From assembly GCA_964019335.1 (NCBI GenBank), contig OZ025743.1, forward strand, positions 248,001 to 312,000: a DNA stretch of 64,000 bases. Reading direction: 5' to 3'. The notes beneath the pieces were generated by a model. The model was given only the letters and a program-made list of their open reading frames with translations. It had not been told where the DNA came from and made no database searches. This document shows positions 29,901 to 41,900 of the stretch, in pieces. The first letter of the stretch is position 1. Each line of letters starts with the position of its first letter. Both the position numbers and the translations under genes were made by a program. Source of the stretch: Diplonema japonicum. Its lineage: Eukaryota; Protista; Euglenozoa: Diplonemea.

Positions 29901-32900
29901 GTGTCCAGCTCGCAGCACCACACCCCGGGAGCCTCCGGGACGCGTCCCCTGCACCCTCCCTGCGTCAACACCACCCCTGCCTTGCAGTCGTTCATGATGT
30001 ACAGCGTCCTGTCCTTCGGGTAGCTCGGGTCCACAGGAACGTAGCAGCCCCCGGCCTTCATCACCCCCAGGATCCCCACAGCCATCTCCACACTCCTCTC
30101 CAGCATCAGCACCACGGGCACCTCCGGTCCCACCCCTCGCTGGTGCAGCACGTGCGCCACCTGGTTCGCCCGCTCCTCCAGCTCCCGCCCGCTCAGCACC
30201 CTGTTCTCGTCCGACACCGCCTTCGCGACAGGGTTTTCGTCCACAGCCGCTTCAAACAGCTCGTGCATGCATGGCGCACCGGGGAATTCCCTTGCTGTGT
30301 CATTCCACTCCACTAAGGTTTGGTGAAGCTCCTGAGGGGGAACTAGCGGACAGGTTTCGGGGTCGCAGTCAGGGTTTTCCGCAATGTGCGTGAGAAGTAC
30401 ATCAAACCTGTTCAACAACAACTGCATGGTGGCTGGCGCGAAGAGCTTTGTACAGAATTCCATGCTAAAGGTGTAGTCGCCCGACTGAGACTCTCGTGCG
30501 AAGAGGCACATGTCGAACCTGCTGACCTTCTGGTCGAAGTCATACATTGAAAAGGTAAGGTCGGACACATCGATCTTCTCGAAGGGCGCGTTCTGCAGCA
30601 CAAACATGACCTGGAAGAGAGGATTCCTGCTCATGTCCCTTTCAGGCTGCACTGCCTCAACGACCTTCTCGAAGGGAACGTCTTGGTTGGCATAAGCTCC
30701 TACGCAGGTCTTTCGCATCCTATGGACGAGCTCTTTGAAGGTGCCCGCCTTGGTAAGGTCGAGGCGCAGCGTGAGCGTGTTGACAAAGAGACCGATGAGG
30801 TTGTGCAGCTCGGTGCGGTTCCTGCCTGCGATGGGGGTACCGATGCAGATGTCCTGCTGATTACTGTAGCGTGACAACAGCACATTGAAGCAGGCGGCGA
30901 GCACCATGAATATGGTTGCGTTGCACGACCTTCCAATCAGCTTCAGCTTTTCCATCACGGCAGCCGGCACCACATGACGCACCACCGAACCCTCAAAGCT
31001 CTGCACACGCTTCCTCGGATAATCAGTAGGGAACTGCAACGTTGGGGCTTCTGCAAGAACAGTCTTCCAGTACTCTACTTGCTGATGAAGGGTGTCAGAC
31101 TTGGTGAGAGCAGTCTTTTGCCACAACGCGTAGTCGCCGTACTGCACAGGCAGCTGTGTCAAGCTTGGGGTGCGTCGTTCTTTGAGTGCTTTGTATATCT
31201 CGGTAACCTCTTCCACGAGGACGTTCAGGGACCACCCGTCCGACACGATGTGGTGCATGACCACCAAAAGCATCGAAAGCTCCTCTGTAATATTGTACAG
31301 CGTCACCTTCATCAAAGGCGCCTCGGCGAGGCTCATAACTACTTTGGAATCGGTCTCCAGCATGGTGTCAACCTGCGACATGTCCAGCCCTGCGTGCTGG
31401 AGGTCTTTGACGTCTACCTGTACTGTCTTGTCGGTAACTATTTGGATCAGGTTTTCGTCGGCATCCTGTCCAAACGAAGTCCTCAGCACTTCATGCCTTT
31501 CACACAACACTGTCATGACTTCTTGAAGGGTGTCGTTGTCCACACGGCCTGTCACCTTGACGGCGCCTGAGATGTTGTACACTCCCTGTAAATTCTTCCC
31601 ACCTTCAATCACTTCGATGAGCCACATCCGCTGCTGTGCGAACGAAGCGGGCAACAAGTCAGCACCAGACGCCCTCGGGGTCAGTTCAGGAAGGTCCGTG
31701 TGCAGCGCTTGCAGCTCTTCGATGATGCTTGCCACGTGCACGATGTCGGAGTGCTCGAAGAACTGCTTCAACGTCACTTCCACGCCGAACGTGTCCTTCA
31801 CAACACCCAGCAGCCTCACGGCAAGCAGCGAATGGCCACCCATATCAAAGAAGTCAGAGTCACGCGACACCCTCTCAACACCGAGCAGCGACGTGATGAT
31901 ACCCTCCAACATCTCCTCAGTGACACCTACAGGTTGAGTGTAGTCATCACCAACATCGATCTGCGGCTTTGGCAGTGCCCTCCTGTCAGTCTTCCCTTGT
32001 GCAGTGAGGGGCCAAGCCTCGAGGTGGACGATGGCGGAAGGGACCATGTAGGCGGGGAGCTTGGAGTCGAGGAGTGTGTTGACAGAGGGAGCGGCGTCGG
32101 CGTCGGCCGTGTGCCCCCTCGCGATCACGTAGGCGACGATCCTCTTGTCCCCAGGGATGTCCTCCCTGACGAGACACAGAACGTCCGCTGTCTCTGGGTG
32201 CTGGCGAATCACGTTTTCGATCTCCCCGAGCTCGATCCTGAACCCCCTGATCTTCACCTGGAAGTCCACCCGCCCGATGTACTCCACCGTCCCGTCCGCG
32301 AGCCACCGCCCCACGTCCCCGGTCTTGTACAGCCGCCCGCCCTTCCCGGCCGCTCCGAACGGGTCCGCCACGAACCTCTGCGCCGTCAGCCGCGGTTGGT
32401 TCTGGTACCCCCGCGCCAGCTGGTACTTGCCCCCGACGTGCAGCTCCCCACACACCCCGAGGGGCACCGGTTCCATCGCCTCGTTCAACAGGTACATCGT
32501 GAAGTCCTTCAGCGGGGTTCCGATGTTGCTCTGGAAGGCCCGCGACATCACCTCCTCCGTGATCTCCTTGATCGTCACGTGAACAGTTGTCTCTGTGATC
32601 CCGTACATGTTCACCAACCGGGGCTGCTTGTACCCGAACCTCTCGAACCACTCCTTCAGGTTAGCCAGTTCCAACTTCTCTCCCCCGAAGACCACGTACC
32701 TCACTTGTAGTTCTTTCTTCTTCTTCTTCTTCTCCTTCTTCCCCTCCTCCTCCTCCTGTCCTTCCCCGAGAGCGTAAGGAATGAGTTGGTAGAAAGCAGA
32801 GGGTGTCTGGTTCAACACCGTCACCCCCTCATCCACGAGGAGCTCGTAGAAGTCGGGTGGGGATCGAGACACCAAATACGGAACAACCACAAGCTTCCCC

Positions 32901-35900
32901 CCGTAGCAGAGGGCCCCGTACAGTTCCCAGACACTGAAGTCGAAGGCGGAGCTGTGAAACATCGTCCAGCAGTCCCGTTCTCCGAACCCGTAGAATTCCT
33001 CCGATGCCCGCAGCAGGTGCACCACGTTTCGGTGGCAGATGAAGATCCCCTTCGGCCTTCCTGTGGAACCGGAGGTGAAGATGATGTAGCACAGGTTCTT
33101 GCTTGTCGCCTCCCTCTTCTTTGGGGCAGCTTCCTCCATCACTCCGCTTCCGCTGTTCTCTCCCTCCCCGCCCTTCTCCATGTAGAAGAGCTCTCCCTTG
33201 AAGTCGAGCTCGGCGAGGGCGGCCTTGTGCTCCTCCCGCGTCACCACGTACATCATTTTGCAGTCCTCGATCATGTAGGCGAGGCGGTCCTGCGGGTAGG
33301 TCACGTCCAACGGGATGTACCCTCCCCCTGCCTTCAGGACTGCCATGATCCCCACCACCAGCTCAAGGGACCTCTCCACGTACACCCCTACCAGTACGTC
33401 GGGACCCACCCCCGCTCTTTTCAGGTGGGCAGCCACACGAGACGCCGCAACGTCCAGCTCCTTGTACGTCAGGCGTTCTCCTCCGTACACCACAGCCGTC
33501 CGCTCCCCGTGCGCCGCAACGCACTTCTCGAACATCCCGTGAAGCGTCTCGTCGCACTCCACATCCTCCTGACGGTCGTTCCACTCCACCAGCATCTGGT
33601 GCTGCTCCACCTTTGTGAGTATCTGAGCAGTGGTAACGTCCTGCACGGGTGAGCTGCTTAGACTGTCGCACAGGTTGGTGAAGTGCGAAAGCATCAAACT
33701 GGCAGTGCTCTCCCTAAAGAGGTCGGTGTTGTACTCCACATAAAGGTCGACAGACCCGTCTGTCCGGATAGTGGACCCGAAGACGAGATCGAACTTAGAG
33801 ATGTGCGTGTCGACGTCAAGCTGCGAGAGCTGCATGTCGGACAGCAGGGATGTGGTCTCGAGGGGTGGCTCATCATGCTGGACAAAAACAACCTGGAACA
33901 GAGGGTTGCGGGACATGTCACGTTCTGGCTGGATGGCCTCCACGAGTTTTTCGAAAGGCAGTTCCTGATGTGCCAGCGCGGACTCGACCGTTTGCTTGAT
34001 GTTGGTGATAACGTTGAGGAAGGACCCCGTCGCCGACATGCGCAGCACAACGGTGTTCACGAAGTCGCCGATCATTTCCTGGAACTCAGCACGGCTCCTG
34101 CCCGACACCGGTGAGCCCACCACGATGTCCTTCTGGTTGGAATACCTCGAAAGCAGCACGGTGAGGACCGCCAGCTGCAATACAAAAGGTGTTGCGGAGT
34201 GTTTCCTGCCCACATCCTGCAGCTTCTTGAATACGCTCGCAGAGAGGGTACTCTTCACCCTGGCGCCGTTGAAGGTCTGCAAGGGGGGGCGTTGAAAGTC
34301 AGTGGGAAGCTCCAAGAGGGGAAGGTCGGCAAGAGTGTGCACCCAGTAGTCAGAAAGCGTCTTTAAGAATGTGGAGTCGGCAAGTCGCTCTCGTTGCCAA
34401 AGGGCGTAGTCGGAGTACTGCACGGACAGCGCAGGGAGTGAGAAGTTGTGTCTCTCCTGCATGGTTTTCATGCTGCTGTAGGCTTTCGCAATGTCTGCCA
34501 TGAAGACAAGCATGCTCCACCCGTCAAACACAGTGTGGTGAGACGTGATGACCAACACGTTGTCATCTTTGGCACACACCACCACCTGTGCCCTTAACAG
34601 AGGTGGTGCCGTCAGGTCGAACATCGTCCTCGCCTCTTTGCTCATCAGGTCCTGCATGAAGCTCGCGTTGTACCCTCCTGGGCAGTTGGTTACCCTTAGC
34701 TTCAACTCACAGCTTTCGATACGCTGGCAGGGCGGTGGCCCCTCGTGCAGGCCTGTTCTCAGCGCCTCGTGCTTCTCGAGTACCTTCTGCAAGCTGTCCT
34801 CCAGCAGGCCGATGTCCAGTTCGCCCTTGATCCTGACACCGCCAGGCATGTTGTAAGCCATGGCCCCCTTGTCGATGCGATCCACTACCCACAGCCTCTG
34901 CTGGGAGTACGACATTGGTGCTTCGCCGAGTCCTCGCTTTTCCACTTTGCTCGCGCTGCCTTGGCTTTGTTTCACGTACCCGGCCACGCCCTTAATGCTG
35001 GGATCCTTGAAGAGCTGCTTGAAAGGAACCTCTACCTGTAGTGTCCTAGTGATCAACCCAAGCAGTTGGACGGCTAGAAGCGAGTTTCCCCCGGCGCTGA
35101 AGAAGCTGTCCTTTACACCGATTCCGAATTTCAAAACTTCACCAAAGAGTTCTCCGATTTTCTGCTCCACCTCATCAAGTGGTTCTTCTAAATCATTGAC
35201 TGCAGTGGTAGGCGTTGGATCAGGGAGCGCCTTCCTGTCTACCTTCCCCGAAGTGTTCTTGGGAAGGGAAGAGAGGAAGAGGAAGAAGGAAGGGACCATG
35301 TAAGAGGGGAGAGAGGACTGGAGGGAGGAGCGGAGGGAGAGGATAAGCTCGTCCTCGTGGACTTGGTCCCGAGGGGCCTCCGCCAGAACGATGTAGGCGG
35401 CGATCGACGAGGATGCTTGTGACAGGGTGCAGCAGCAGTCTTTCACCTCCACTGCCTTTTGCTGACGAACAGCTCCCTCGACCTCCCCGAGCTCGATCCT
35501 GAAGCCACGAACCTTCACCTGGAAGTCCGCCCGACCGCAGAACACCACCCGCCCGTCCTCCTTGAACCTCCCAAGGTCCCCTGTCTTGTACATCCTGTCC
35601 TTCCCGCTGCTCCCGAAAGGGTCCTTCTTGAAACTCTCCGAGGTGAGGTCCGCCCGACCCACGTAGCCACGGGACACCTGAGGACCCCCGATCCAGATCA
35701 TCCCAGTTGCTCCAACAGGGCACAGCTTCCTCTCAGAGTCGAGGATTCGAACCCTCGTGTTCGGGAGAGCCCGCCCGATCCCCATCGCCACTTCCGTGTC
35801 GTCAGATAGGTCCCCCCGCTTGAAGGTCTCGCAGGTCACCTCCACACAGGTCTCCGTCGGGCCGTAGCAATTGTGGAACACCGTGTCGTCCCTCGCCCCG

Positions 35901-38900
35901 GTCATCCACCTCCGAGCCACCTCCGCAGAAGCCGCCTCCCCTCCCGAGTGGATCCTCTTCAGATCCCGAAGCCCCGTCCCTTCCACGGATCGCATCACAG
36001 AGGGGGTGAGGAACACGCTCTCCACACGCTGTACCTCCAAGAAGTCACGGAGCCCGCTGGTCCTCTCCTCACCGACAGCCATCGCGAGCCTTGCCCCACC
36101 GCACAGGGCGCACAACGTGTCCATCACACTGATGTCGAAGGTGTAGGCGTAGAACTGCAGAGTCCTCTCCCCTTCACGTCCCACCACGCGTCCCTCCGTT
36201 CCCTTCAGAAGGTTCCACAGGTTCCTCTGTTCCACCACCACACCCTTCGGCTTCCCAGTCGACCCTGATGTGAACAGGCAGTAGGCCGCAGAGCCTCCCT
36301 CCACACAGCCTCTCTTCACCTTCAGTTCTTCAGAAGGAATGTCTTCTTCTTCTTCTTCTTCTTCCCCGCTTCTTCGTGTGTACAGAACCTGTACCCCGTC
36401 CTCCAAGAAGGAGTCACACCCACCGACAGGGCCGTTGCTCACCACCACTCGCACCCCACTGCTCTTCGCCATGTACCGAAGACGCTCCTCAGGGAGCGAC
36501 GGGTCCAACGGGACGAACCCTGCCCCGCTCCGGAGGATCCCCACAGTTCCGGTGATCACCTCCGTCGAGCGCGTGCAGTGGAGACCCACCAACAGCTCCC
36601 CTTCGCCGTCCCGCCTCTTCTCCAGCAGTTCCCATGCCACTCTCCGGCTCCTCCTCTCGAGTTCGCCGTAAGTTACTGCTTCCGTCTCGCAGGTTACTGC
36701 AATCTCATCCCTCGCCTTTTCCATCCTCTCCTCCAGTGCCTCCACAACGTTCCCTTCCCCGAAGTCAGCCTCGTTGCTGTTCCACTCCACGAGAAGTCGG
36801 TGTCGCTCTGTTGCAGTGATCAACGACACATCGGTCAGGGGTAGCACGGTGTTAGCGACGACCTGCTCCAAGACGTTCTTGAGGCCCGACAAGAGGCGCT
36901 TGGCGGTGCTAGCCTTATAGAGGTCAGTGTTGTACTCCAACTGGAAATGGATCTCGTTGCCGACCTCCTGTGCGGTCATCGTCATGTCGAATTTGGAGGT
37001 GTAGGCAGGGGCGGGGAGCTGCGTGATGGTGCACGACCTGAGGGCGATGGGCTTGGTGGGGGCATTGCCGAGGATGAAGCATATCTGGAAGAGCGGATTG
37101 CGGCTGGTGTCACGCGGGAGGTTTAGCTCGTCAACCAGCTTCTCAAAAGGCAAGTCTTGATTCGTGAAAGAGTTCATGGAGTTCTCCTTCAGGGACGCAA
37201 CGAGGGCCTCGAAGCTCATGGACTGCACAACCTCCGCCCTTATGCAGACGGTGTTAATGAATAGGCCCAGCATTTGGGTCATTTCTTGCTCGGGCCTATT
37301 CAGAACAGGTGTTCCGATGGTAAGGTCGGTCTCGCCAGTCACCTTTGCAAGAACAGCTTTCCAAGCAGCCAGCAGGACTGTGAAGAGAGTCCCGTTCGTC
37401 TTCTTGACCAAGCTGCGCACACCGCTGGCAACTTTCTCGTTTACGACGATCCACTCAGCAGCGCCAGGCAGGGATAGAACCTCAGGACGCGGGTAGTCGG
37501 TGGGTACCACAGCTGGTGTAAACCCCTTCAAGGTCTTCTTCCAAAACAATGTCTGTTCCGCAAGCGCACCTGGACTGCTGTACCATATCCGCTGGCTGCA
37601 AGAGTAGTCGACGTACTGCAGCTTTGGGGGATGCACTGTATACGGTGTACCCAAGGACAGATTGTTGTAAATACGTGTGAACTCTGATATAAAATGCCTC
37701 AGCGACCACCCATCAGTGATGATGTGGTGCACGGCAAAGACGAGAAGGATATCGTCAGTGTCCTGGTGCAGCAGCGTCACACGGAAGAGAGGGAAGCAGC
37801 TGAGGTCGAAAGGCGTGACCGCCGCTGCCTTGAGGGATGCATCGAGGTTGTCGGTGTGTGTGTGCAGTACGTTGGGCGTGACCTCCAACCCACTGGCAGG
37901 GAGAACCTGCTGGTACGGGTTCCCGTCCTCGTCGTTAAAGACTGTCCGCAGCACTTCGTGTGCCTCAACAAGTATTTCCAAGCTTTTCTTCACTGCGGCA
38001 ACGTCGAGCACACCCCGCACGGAGCACATCGCATGCAGCACATAAGCTTCGCTGCCCTGCAACCTGTCCAGCACCCACATCCTCTGTTGCTGCACAGACA
38101 TTGTGTACCTTCCCACTTGGTTCCTCTTCGTCTGTCGTACCCGCATCCTTCCGGATCGCACCCTATCAGGGGATGCTTGTGTCGCATTTTGCTTTCTTGT
38201 GGTGCTCTCTTGCATGCTATGGATCGCCTTTGCAAGATCGCAGACTATGGGATATTTAAACAGCATTCCGGGGGAGATCGGGCTGCGCAACCCCATCCAC
38301 GTGCTGATGTCCTGCGCGATGGCGACCATGCTGATAGACTCGATCCCCAGGTCGGCCAAGCTCACGGAGGGGGAGACCAAGTCAGGCGTGGCAGCGTACA
38401 TTTTCAGCAATAAAAGCAGTTTCTGCGTCAGCTGCTCGAGCGTCTTCGTGCTGCGCGATTCGCTGACGGCAGTAGGGCTTCTCAGCACTGTGGTGACGCT
38501 CTTTTCAAATGCTTTCCAGTTGATCCAAGCGGCGGTGATGACCCCACCGTCGGAGCTCATCAGCCTGCTCAAGGCTGCCGTGGTCTGGTCCTGCGTGAAC
38601 TTCATGAGCCCGATGGAGGTAAGGGCGTCAACTGCTGACTTCCCTTCACGGGCCAGCATTCCAGTCTGGCCAAGGACACCCCAATGGACAACCAGGCAGG
38701 GAAGTCCAGCAGATTTCCTCACTGAGCACAAGCCGTCCAATGCGGCATTGGCTGCAGCGTAGCACAGCTGGCCTTGCATCGGGAGGCAAGCTGCCACCGA
38801 TCCAAAGCACACGAAGTGGTCCAGGTCGCAGTGCAGGGTCGCTTCGTGGAGGTGCATGGCAGCCATGACCTTTCCTGCGAAGGCGTTATCCAAGTTCTGC

Positions 38901-41900
38901 TTCTCAACACCTGAGAGCAAACCTTTCTCCAGCACGCCAGCTAGGTGGAAGATCCCCTTGATGCACGGCATGTCCATGGCTGTCATAAACAGCTTGTCGA
39001 CGTCTTCCCTCACAGACATGTCACCTTGGAACACAGCCACGCTCACTCCTTTATTCGCTCTCGCGTTGTTGATGGTCTTCTGCGACGCTGTGTCAGGTGC
39101 ACGTCGCCCCACAAGGACGATGTGCTTCGCGCCTCTGTTCACAGCCCATTTAAACACGGCCTGCCCGTACCCACCCAGACCGCCAGTGATGATGTACGTG
39201 CCTTCCTCGGCAAAGCTCACATCGGGAAGGGAGGGCAGCGTGAACCTTGTTGGGCTGGACAGCCGTGGCACCAATTTGCCGTCAGCCGTGAGCACAACCT
39301 CTGCCGAGCTGGGGTCATCAAAGTGGCACAGCACCTCCCATCCTGCTGTGTCCCATACAGAGCTCGACTGACTGCCGGGTACATCCAACACAGTGATGGG
39401 GTTCGGCAGCTCTTGCCTTGCTGCCCTTACAGCGCCCCACAAAGCACATCCAGCAGTCGCTTTATCGACTTCCGACAGGTCCCTCTGCGAGGCTTGAGAA
39501 CCTTGAGTAACAACGACCAGTGGGATGTCTTTTCGTTTTATGTCGGCGGCTAGCCACTTGAGCACGCCGAGCAAGCCACGAACGGCGTCTAGTGTGTCAC
39601 ACCAAGCGTAAACCAACATGCCCACCGGCCCCTTCAGTACGTCCCCTGTCGAGCCCATCGTGCATTGCATGAAGGAGTCGCGGTCCTTTAATGCTGTGCC
39701 CAAGGTGACGGTACGCACGTCAGTGCCGGCAGCTCGTAGGGAAGCAGAGAGGTGCTCGTCTGCCGAGTCGTAGACGTAAACAGGCATGTCGATGGGAGGA
39801 GGTGTCCTTCCAACGTAAGGTGCAGGAGTCCACTCCGTCTGCAGCAGCCACTCGTGCTCGAAGACGTCGTTCTGCGTGTGGCTGACGGGCTTGTGCTTAG
39901 TGACAGGGTCGGAGGGCTCCACCCAGAACCTTTTACTGTTCCATTGATAGGTGGGTAGCGACATAAACTTTCCCTTTGCGACGGGATCCCAGTTCACGTG
40001 CACGCCCTTGGACCACAGCCGACCAAGCTCTTCGAGGATCACCTGCTGCTCCGCCTGCTTGCGCTTCATGGACGACGCCACGATGATGCTTTGTTGCTGA
40101 GCCGCAGCGACTGTCGCAATATAGGGGGACATGGCTGTGTGCGGCCCGATCTCTACGAAGCACGACACTCTCTGCTTCAAGGACTCAACCACAGCCTCCT
40201 CAAACTTAACAGATGTGCAGAGCTGCTCACCCCAGTAGCCCGCGCTCTCCGGGACACCACCGGTTGTCAGGAACTTGCAGCAGCTGTCATGATGTGTGAC
40301 ACCCTCGGCGAGGACCAATGCAGTGACATCTTCCGAAACCTTTTGCATTGCGTGCGAGTGCAGCAGGATATTGCTTGGCAGGGTCCTCGTGTACAGGCCT
40401 TCGGCGTTCAGCTCTTCAAGCACAGCTGCGACGCTCTCTGGTGCCCCGCCGAAGGTCACGTCTGTCGGTGAGTTGTAAGCGGTGATATCAACATGCACCC
40501 CAGCAATGGAGCATGTCTCTTGCAGCTTTGCAGCACTGATGCCCACCGCCACCATGGTGCCCCGGGCTGCAAGAGAGAGAGCTTTGGCCCTGACCAGCAC
40601 AACCTTGGCGCCATCCTTGAGAGACAGCATCCCGCAGCACACTGCGGCAGCTACTTCACCGTGAGAGTGACCGATAACTAGATCAGGGGTGACGCCCCAC
40701 GACTTCCACAGTTTGGCGAGGGATACTTGCACAGCAAAGGTAGCAGCGTGGGCAAGGCCAGGGTCGCGGAGCTTGGCGGGGTTTGTCAGAATGTTGCTCG
40801 GGAGGTATTCAAGGACGCCTAGCGACTCGAAGACAGCCTCCACATCTTCCATTGCAGTTCGGAAGACCGCTTCGGTTTTCTGCAGCTCAGTGCCCATGCC
40901 TGCCCACTCGTTCCCAGCACCTGAGAACACAAAACCCACCTGCGGGCTGTTGACGGGTATCCTCTGAGGAGGGGCTTCCGCCTCGAGAAGCTTCTTCACC
41001 AACTCCTTCGCATCGCTCCCTACAACAGCGGTCCTGTACTCGTGATGTGTTCTGTACACGGAAGCTGTCCTGCACACGTCTGACAAATTATATATCTCGT
41101 CCGAGTCCAGCTTGCCGACCAGCGCACGAATGTTCGCGCCAAGTGCTTGCGAGCTCCTCCCCGACACTGGTAGGAGGTAGTTCCTCTTCACATCACCCAA
41201 TACTTCCACAGCAGGGCTCCCAGGAATGGCCTTTGGCGCCTCCGCAAGGCACAAAGCAGCCATGACACCATCGGGAGCGGCCAGACAGTGCACCAAACAT
41301 GCTCTTGCATCTAATGACAGCAGTTTCGTGGGTACGGTGAGACCATCTGTCACTGAAGAGGAAGGGGATGTGAAATGGATGGCAGCGGGCACTGCACAGT
41401 GATGGAGTGAAAGCGCCGCTTTGATAAGTCCAGCGACACCCTGAGCAGCACCCATGAAACCAAAGTTGTTGGAGGCTGTACCAAGGAACACGGGGTTTCC
41501 CTCTTCCAAGCAGAGTGCGGTGCGGATGGCCTCAGCCTCTTCCGCGTCGCAGCTGGGAACCCCTGTGGCGGATGTCTCAACGAAGGCGACGGCAGATGTC
41601 TCGACGGCGCTACGTGAAAGTGTCTGGGTGATGACCTTGACCCTGTCCTCGCGCTCTCGACCCGTCCCCGTGCACCCGCCTTTTATGGTGGCGTAGATTT
41701 TGTTGCCAGCCGCAATGGCATCCTGCAGAGGTCGTAGGATCACAATGCCGATACCCTCTCCAGGGAGCAACCCGGAGGCGGCTGCGTCGAAGGCTGCAGA
41801 GCGCTCGTCCGACGTGGACAGCAAACCTGCTGCTTTGTAAGCCTCGACCGTGGCGGAGTCGAGGTGGAGCTGCGCACCGCCAGCAATAGCCATGGAGCAC

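Noticed and set aside
1-36790. A-domain repeats as a pure assembly collapse
   Set aside because: Copies carry private SNPs (for example 3356, ~3729, ~22581, ~23767), junctions keep frame, and the flanking C domains are unique. This is not fully excluded without reads.
1-38110. Epimerase, methyltransferase or thioesterase domains
   Set aside because: Module spacing (~3.1-3.3 kb) leaves no room and no such motifs were seen. The release domain must lie beyond position 1.
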